NCBI GenBank assembly: GCA_041653755.1
Contig: JBAZEU010000002.1
Span: 16,707-80,706 of the forward strand
DNA from: Minisyncoccota bacterium
Lineage (GTDB): Bacteria > Patescibacteriota > Minisyncoccia > UBA6257 > UBA9933
Length of the DNA: 64,000 bases
Direction: 5' to 3'
This document shows positions 58,195 to 64,000 of this stretch, in pieces; the stretch's first letter is position 1; every line of letters begins with the position of its first letter. The position numbers were made by a program, and so were the translations under genes. Below the pieces are notes generated by a model. The model saw nothing but the letters and a program-made list of their open reading frames with translations. It was not told where the DNA came from and searched no databases.

Positions 58195-59067
58195 CTAATT
58201 TTTTTCTTTTACCGTTAAAGAGAACTCAAGAACTTCGTCGTTCCTTAAAACCGTAAATTTTACGGTTTCTCCGACATTAAGTTCGTTTAAGCAATCTTCT
58301 AGTTGAAGATTTTCTCCGATTTTTTTCCCATTACATTCTAGGACAACATCCTTTTCTTTTAATTCGTTCTGGCATAATTCATCCACGTCTACGATGAGCG
58401 CTCCTTCTTCTTGGTCAATATAATTAAATCCTAAAAACGGGTATCTTACTCTTCCATATTTTTTAATATCTTCCAAGTCCTCTTTGGCTTCATTTATTGG
58501 AATGGCAAAACCGATATTTTCCGCATCAGTAACCATAATTGAATTTATGCCGATTGCCTCACCGTTATTATTTATTAGCGGACCGCCGGAATTACCGGGG
58601 TTTATTGCGGCATCCGTCTGAATCAAATTTCTCATTGTTTCGACTTTTCTGGTGAGCCCGGAAATAATTCCTTGAGAAACCGTGTCCTCAAATCCTAGGG
58701 CATCGCCGATAGCGAAAACTTCTTGACCAAGCTCCAAGCTGGAAGAATCGCCGAGCGGAATAAAAGGAAAAGGAATTTGATTCTCAATTTTTAAAATGGC
58801 TATATCGTTTTCTTTGTTTCTTGATAGAATTCTTGCTTCATATTTTCCTCCGTCATTTGTGATAACGGTGTATTGCTGGGTTTTCTCCATGACAACATGA
58901 AGATTGGTTAAAATAGTGCCGGTATCGTCGATGATAAAACCGGAGCCGCCCTCGATTTTCTTGGTTCGCAAAGGATTTCGTTTTTTCCCTTCTGGCATAA
59001 TTGAAACTACCGCTGGCACAGCCTTTTTGAGAATATTTACGATGTTTGATTGGGTACCTTCAGGCAT
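58195..59067 (-). CDS. HtrA/DegP-like serine protease with PDZ domain
   Basis: GSGFII, TNLHV, DIAILK, QTDAAINPGNSGGPL. Confidence 0.93.
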   Translation of the reverse strand: MPEGTQSNIVNILKKAVPAVVSIMPEGKKRNPLRTKKIEGGSGFIIDDTGTILTNLHVVMEKTQQYTVITNDGGKYEARILSRNKENDIAILKIENQIPFPFIPLGDSSSLELGQEVFAIGDALGFEDTVSQGIISGLTRKVETMRNLIQTDAAINPGNSGGPLINNNGEAIGINSIMVTDAENIGFAIPINEAKEDLEDIKKYGRVRYPFLGFNYIDQEEGALIVDVDELCQNELKEKDVVLECNGKKIGENLQLEDCLNELNVGETVKFTVLRNDEVLEFSLTVKEKN

Positions 59068-59193
59068 TAAATGAATTGTAACAAATCTTGCCTTGCTATA
59101 TCAAAACCCTGATATATAATTAGAAGATAAGAGCTTCGGTCGTTAGAATGTTTTGATTACAATTAAAATATATTATTAAATAATTAAAATTAT

Positions 59194-59613
59194 ATGGACA
59201 AGCAAAAAAATTTAGTTTTAATCGTGGACGACGAAGAAGATTATCGCAAAATTGTAAAAGCGCAGTTGGAAGCAGCCAGCTTTAAGGTTGTTGAAGCTAA
59301 AGACGGTGTAGATGCCTTGAAGATTTTAGATGCAACGCCAGAACCGATAGCGGTAGTGGTGATGGATGTGGCAATGCCCAATATGAATGGTATAGAAACA
59401 CTATTTAAGATTAAAGAAAATAATAAAACAAGAAACATTAGAGTCATTATGTTGACGGGGAAAGGCGATCCTCGGGAAGAAATAACAAAAATGAATAAAA
59501 AGTTCGCCCAAGAATCAGGCGCGTTTGACTATATAAGAAAAGAGTCAGATATAAATGTTTTGATAGACCGAGTTAATAAGATTATGACGGAGAACGGAGA
59601 GAACGCAACATAA
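59194..59613 (+). CDS. Single-domain response regulator
   Basis: LIVDD, MDVAMPNMNG, MLT, YIRK. Confidence 0.92.
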   Translation: MDKQKNLVLIVDDEEDYRKIVKAQLEAASFKVVEAKDGVDALKILDATPEPIAVVVMDVAMPNMNGIETLFKIKENNKTRNIRVIMLTGKGDPREEITKMNKKFAQESGAFDYIRKESDINVLIDRVNKIMTENGENAT

Positions 59614-59617
59614 ATCT

Positions 59618-61708
59618 ATGTTTGTTTATTCTGTCGTCGTTACATCGCTTGGCGGGTTGACTGCGCTTGTTTTAGGTTGGTTAGTATTCCTAAAAAATAA
59701 AAAAAATCCGGTTAACCGGACATTCTTTTTGATGAACATGGCCGGCGTCGTCTGGACGTCTGCAAATGTAATTTGGCTTTTTCAAAAAACCGAGACCTCT
59801 CTTTTATTCTGGGCGCATATTTTTTATTTAGGATCTATATTGTTTCCAATCTTTTTTCTTCATTGGGTATTGGCCCTGCTTGATAAAGTAAAAGAAAATA
59901 AGAAGATACTTGTTGTTGCGTATACGATTAGCTTTTGTTTCTTTCTGTTGAGTTTTTCTCCATGGTTTATTTCCGGATTACGACAGATTCTACCTTATCA
60001 GCCTCCAGGTCCACAAGCAGGGCCATTGTTCACCGCTAATATGATTTACAGTTGGGGCATTTTAACGGGCTTTGCTTTTTTTCAGCTTGTTAAAAGTTTC
60101 AAAAAAGCTGCCGGCTATAAACGAGCGCAAATAAAATATGTTATTTTGGGTATCGCTCTTGGCGTTGTTGCGGGTATGTCGAATTTCCCTTTGTCCTTTG
60201 GTATTCGTGTGGACCCGTGGGGATTGCCCTTAATTTCCATCTATACTTTCATATATGCCTACGCAATCATCAAGTATCGTTTGATGGATATTAGGTTAAT
60301 CATCAAACGAACGATTATCTTCTCGGTCGTAGTGATCTTAGTGTCTGTCATATATGTCTTAGCGACTTTCTTTTTTAGTTCCTTAATCTTCGGCAAATAT
60401 ATTGGGCCAGACGGCATCAAACCTATGATATTATCTGGTTTGTTGGTGAGTCTATTGGTGGCTTTCGGTATCAAACCTTTGTACGCTTTTTTGGAAAATT
60501 CAACTGATAAGATCTTTTTTAAGGGAGAGTATCGTTCCCAAGAACTTATCAAAACAATCTTTGAAAAACTCATTACATCTTTGGAAACGATTAAAATTCA
60601 TCAAACCTTGAGCGAAGAGATTGTCAAAGCGATGAAGCTGGAAGGAGCCACCTTTTTCGACCTTTCTATTTCTATTAATAAATTGCCTATTGATAATTTG
60701 ATTAAGTATTTAAGCGAGAATAAAGAAACTCTGGTTGTTCAGGAAATGAAATTGGAATATCAGGACGGTTTGAAGCGTGACCAGAGATATTTGGCTTTTA
60801 AGGATTTGGAGCAGACGCCGGCCGCGGTAGTTTTGCCAATCTACAAAAAATCCGAACTTGGAGAAGATAAAACAGCTGGGCATGGCAGATTATCGACTCT
60901 TCTGATTTTGCAAGATAAGAAATCGGGTGATACCTTTACCAGCCAGGACATCCAGACGCTGGAATTAATCGCTTCTCAAGCATCCATCGCTTTGGATAAC
61001 GCCAAGATGTACGAAGAGATTAAACAATTACTTGAAGCTAAAACCCGCCTTGTGTCAATTGTTTCTCATCAAATTAAAAATCCTTTAGCCATTATCAAGG
61101 GCTACGCTTCTTTAATAGATACCGGCGCTTACAGCAAGAAAGATCAGGTTAAAGAAGTGGCTGTGAAGATTAAGCAAACCAGCGATCGTCTTTTCTTGAT
61201 GGTTAATAATATCTTGGATACTCAACGAGTGGAAAGCGGTACCTTAGAATATGAATTCAAGAAAATTGATCTGAAAAAGATGGTTGAGGAAGCGGCCGAG
61301 AGAATTCAAGTTTTGACCAAAGAAAAAGGTTTGAATTTTGAGCTTGATTTGGAGCCTAAAGAGGTTTTTGTCATGGCTGATGAAATTAAGCTCTATCAAT
61401 GTGTTATCAATCTTTTGGATAACGCGGTAAAATTTACCGACTCGGGTTTTATAAAAGCAAAACTTTCCATCGATAACGATTGGGCCATTTTTGAGGTCTT
61501 AGACAGCGGCAGGGGAATCGAAAGAGATATTCTACCTAAACTGTTTAATAAATTTGAAAGAGGCGGAGAAGAAGTTTTGTCCGGTTTCGGTTTGGGTCTT
61601 TATGTCGTAAAACTTTTTGTTGACGCTCATCACGGAGAGATTGGAGCAGAGTCGGACGGCAAGGATAAAGGTTCAAAATTCTTTATCAAGCTGAGGTTGG
61701 CTAAGTAA
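59618..61708 (+). CDS. Sensor histidine kinase (7TM-type N-terminus, GAF-like region, HisKA, HATPase)
   Basis: Multiple TM; SHQIKNPL H-box, NLLDNAVKFT, DSGRGI, GFGLGL. Confidence 0.93.
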   Translation: MFVYSVVVTSLGGLTALVLGWLVFLKNKKNPVNRTFFLMNMAGVVWTSANVIWLFQKTETSLLFWAHIFYLGSILFPIFFLHWVLALLDKVKENKKILVVAYTISFCFFLLSFSPWFISGLRQILPYQPPGPQAGPLFTANMIYSWGILTGFAFFQLVKSFKKAAGYKRAQIKYVILGIALGVVAGMSNFPLSFGIRVDPWGLPLISIYTFIYAYAIIKYRLMDIRLIIKRTIIFSVVVILVSVIYVLATFFFSSLIFGKYIGPDGIKPMILSGLLVSLLVAFGIKPLYAFLENSTDKIFFKGEYRSQELIKTIFEKLITSLETIKIHQTLSEEIVKAMKLEGATFFDLSISINKLPIDNLIKYLSENKETLVVQEMKLEYQDGLKRDQRYLAFKDLEQTPAAVVLPIYKKSELGEDKTAGHGRLSTLLILQDKKSGDTFTSQDIQTLELIASQASIALDNAKMYEEIKQLLEAKTRLVSIVSHQIKNPLAIIKGYASLIDTGAYSKKDQVKEVAVKIKQTSDRLFLMVNNILDTQRVESGTLEYEFKKIDLKKMVEEAAERIQVLTKEKGLNFELDLEPKEVFVMADEIKLYQCVINLLDNAVKFTDSGFIKAKLSIDNDWAIFEVLDSGRGIERDILPKLFNKFERGGEEVLSGFGLGLYVVKLFVDAHHGEIGAESDGKDKGSKFFIKLRLAK

Positions 61709-61745
61709 AAAAAGTTTGATATATTAACTCCTAGTTTTTGAGTTT

Positions 61746-61816
61746 GGGCCCATAGTTAAGTGGTAGAACACCTCATTTGCAATGAGGAGACGGCAGTCCG
61801 ATTCTGCCTGGGTCCA
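61746..61816 (+). tRNA. tRNA-Ala(TGC)
   Basis: G3:U70; loop TTTGCAA; T-loop TCCGATT. Confidence 0.92.
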
Positions 61817-61821
61817 CATCG

Positions 61822-61911
61822 GGAGGCGTGCCAGAGTGGTTGAATGGGACGGTCTTGAAAACCGTTATACCAGAAATGGTATCAGAGGTTCGAATCCTCT
61901 CGCCTCCGCCA
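61822..61911 (+). tRNA. tRNA-Ser(TGA)
   Basis: Loop CTTGAAA; long variable arm; encoded CCA. Confidence 0.95.
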
Positions 61912-61961
61912 GGAGGATAGCGAAAGCTCTCGGTGTTTCGGTTGATGAGCTCTTGATGTAA
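61911..61961 (+). pseudogene. C-terminal fragment of an XRE-family HTH gene
   Basis: Reads RRIAKALGVSVDELLM* starting at the tRNA CCA. Confidence 0.6.
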
Positions 61962-62084
61962 TTATGAGCCAAAAAGGATTTATAAGCGTGAGGAAGTTAA
62001 AATCTGTTTTTGTACATAATGTTTAAAATGATATAATAAAGTGGTCTAAATATTAGCATAGTAATTAAAAAATAAGTTTAAAAA

Positions 62085-62672
62085 ATGAAATTTAAATTAC
62101 GGGTCTTCATTCCGCTGCTGTTCATTATTATTTTTTCGGTCGGGGCATTCTATTTTCAATCACAGCGCTCCCAGAATCCGGCAAGTAATAATGTCGGAAA
62201 TTCAAATGTTCAAGGAGGGGAGGAAAGCGTAAGTATAACTTCAACGGAGTGTAACATTCTTAGTTTGATTCCTAATATTGCTCCTTCTCCCCCTACTCAA
62301 GGATTTATCAATATGGCAGCAGCAGGAACCGTCAGCGCACACGTTGGTTACGAATTAGATTTGATTTTAGTTGTTGATACTTCCGGAAACAATATAGATC
62401 CTAATATTAAATTAGATTGCGGGGTATGGACAAAAGGCAATGTCAAATATGCTCATACGTGCGTGCGCGAGGAAGGAGATCCTGATAGCACAACGTGGAG
62501 CATTGAGGCTAATAATATTAAAGCCGACTTAAAAAGTCTGACTGACTGGGAAAATAACACGATAGATCGGGATTTATTGACACACGTACGAGCAACGATT
62601 GTTATTACATCACAGGCAAAAGAATTTCCCCAGCTCCCTCCCCCTGTCGATCAACTATTCTATTGCAAATAA
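62085..62672 (+). CDS. Hypothetical exported protein
   Basis: Signal/TM segment, Asn/Gln linker, four cysteines. Confidence 0.7.
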   Translation: MKFKLRVFIPLLFIIIFSVGAFYFQSQRSQNPASNNVGNSNVQGGEESVSITSTECNILSLIPNIAPSPPTQGFINMAAAGTVSAHVGYELDLILVVDTSGNNIDPNIKLDCGVWTKGNVKYAHTCVREEGDPDSTTWSIEANNIKADLKSLTDWENNTIDRDLLTHVRATIVITSQAKEFPQLPPPVDQLFYCK

Positions 62673-62760
62673 ATAAAGCCGTAATTCCTGTATACTTTTA
62701 TCAATAACCTCGAACTTAAGCCACCTTTTTGGTTCAAAGTTCCGGCAATCGTGCCCGCCA

Positions 62761-63885
62761 ATGAAAAAAACAATTCTTTCTTTTGCGACTTTTGCCAGCA
62801 CGATGATAGGTGTTGGATTTTTTTCTTTGCCTTATCTTGCTTCAAGGTTGGGTTTTTGGACGATGGTCGTTTATCTTTTCGCGATGGCCGCGATAGCCAT
62901 TATAATTCATCTAATTTTTAGCAGGTTAGTTTTGAAAGCGCCGGATTATTCGAGATTTCCCGGGTTCGTTGGTTTTTATTTAGGGAAAAACTGGAAGAAA
63001 ATTGGTTTTTTAACATCTACCATAGGGATGCTTGGAGCGATGCTGGCTTATTTGATTATCGGTGGAGAATTTTTAGCCAATATTTTTTCTCCAGTTTTTG
63101 GCGGCAGCTACACAATTTATATTCTTATTTATTTTTTCATTGGAGCAGCGCTGATTTTTTCAGGCATCAGAATAGTAGAGAAAATTGAATTATGGGGTTT
63201 GGTTTTATTTATTGTTGCTCTAGTCTTTATTTTTATAAAAGGCCTGCCGGTTTTTGATGTGAGCAATCTATTTATGGTTCATAGCCAATCATTTAATGTT
63301 CATAATTTATTTTTGGCTTTTGGCCCGATTCTTTTTTCTTTTTGGGGAATATCGGTTGTTCCGGAAATGGAAGAACAACTTAAAGACAATAAACAGCAAT
63401 TGAAAAAAGTCATTCCAGCTGGAATTTTAACGGCGTTGGTCGTTTATTTGGTTTTTATTATTGTTGTTTACGGTATCTGTGGGAGATATGTCACGCCAGA
63501 CGCTTTGAGCGGACTTAAAATGTTTTTGACCAGAGACGCTTTGATCGTCGGATTTTTGTTCGGAATTATAGCCACATTTACTTCTTTCATTTCAATCGGG
63601 CTTACTTTGAAAAAGATTTTTAAATACGATTTGAAAATTCCGGAGATTCTTTCATGGTTTATCGCTTGCTTTGTTCCTTTAGCTTTTTTCTTTATCGGAT
63701 TTAAAAATTTTATTCAAGTCATCGGTTTTGTCGGAGGCATTGTGCTTTCATTAGACGGAATTTTGATTTGTTTAATGTATCAGAGGCTTAGAAGAACAAA
63801 AAAAGCCAAAACCTTAACATCAATTCTGGCCTTAGTTTTCATCTTGGCGATTATCTGCGAAATAAAATATTTTTTAATTAAATAA
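62761..63885 (+). CDS. Amino acid permease (HAAAP/aromatic amino acid transporter-like)
   Basis: TMIGVGFFSLPY, FSFWG..VVPE, IATFTSF; about 11 TM. Confidence 0.87.
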   Translation: MKKTILSFATFASTMIGVGFFSLPYLASRLGFWTMVVYLFAMAAIAIIIHLIFSRLVLKAPDYSRFPGFVGFYLGKNWKKIGFLTSTIGMLGAMLAYLIIGGEFLANIFSPVFGGSYTIYILIYFFIGAALIFSGIRIVEKIELWGLVLFIVALVFIFIKGLPVFDVSNLFMVHSQSFNVHNLFLAFGPILFSFWGISVVPEMEEQLKDNKQQLKKVIPAGILTALVVYLVFIIVVYGICGRYVTPDALSGLKMFLTRDALIVGFLFGIIATFTSFISIGLTLKKIFKYDLKIPEILSWFIACFVPLAFFFIGFKNFIQVIGFVGGIVLSLDGILICLMYQRLRRTKKAKTLTSILALVFILAIICEIKYFLIK

Positions 63886-63890
63886 ATTCT

Positions 63891-64000
63891 ATGCTATCGA
63901 AAGTAATTTCAGAACTAAAACCGAGAGAAGATTGGAATAAGTATTTTAAAAAGAACACTGGTTTGATAATAGATTTGGGCTGTGGCCACGGAGCTGACAG
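63891..64000 (+). CDS. Class I SAM-dependent methyltransferase, 3'-truncated by the window
   Basis: MLSKVISELKPREDWNKYFKKNTGLIIDLGCGHGAD (motif I). Confidence 0.7.
   Translation, partial: MLSKVISELKPREDWNKYFKKNTGLIIDLGCGHGAD

Overview
AT-rich bacterial chromosome segment, genetic code 11. Its gene content and short forms of IF-2, ValRS and RpoB point to Patescibacteria/CPR, probably Parcubacteria (inference). The core backbone includes pgm, valS, ndk, infB-rbfA, recG, tsaD-rodA-mltG-rpoBC-rpsF-ssb-rpsR, topA-dprA, rplS, leuS, htrA and a two-component pair. There are 15 canonical tRNAs and a 23S-5S operon with no linked 16S and two large hairpin insertions. A ~14.2 kb element (15428-29622) is integrated at the 3' end of tRNA-Ser(GCT). 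Its 8-bp att core lies inside the serine recombinase ORF, so excision would swap the enzyme's C-terminal tail. Other notable signals: a transcribed pair of aberrant tRNA-like RNAs (37596-37773); two unannotated long-hairpin RNA candidates (9553-9699, 26716-26904); a GIY-YIG gene flanked by a duplication of the tRNA-Ser 5' end; short palindromes and heptamer repeats sitting in frame inside essential genes; and non-U55 T-loops in five tRNAs. All calls come from reading the sequence by eye; no searches or folding programs were run.
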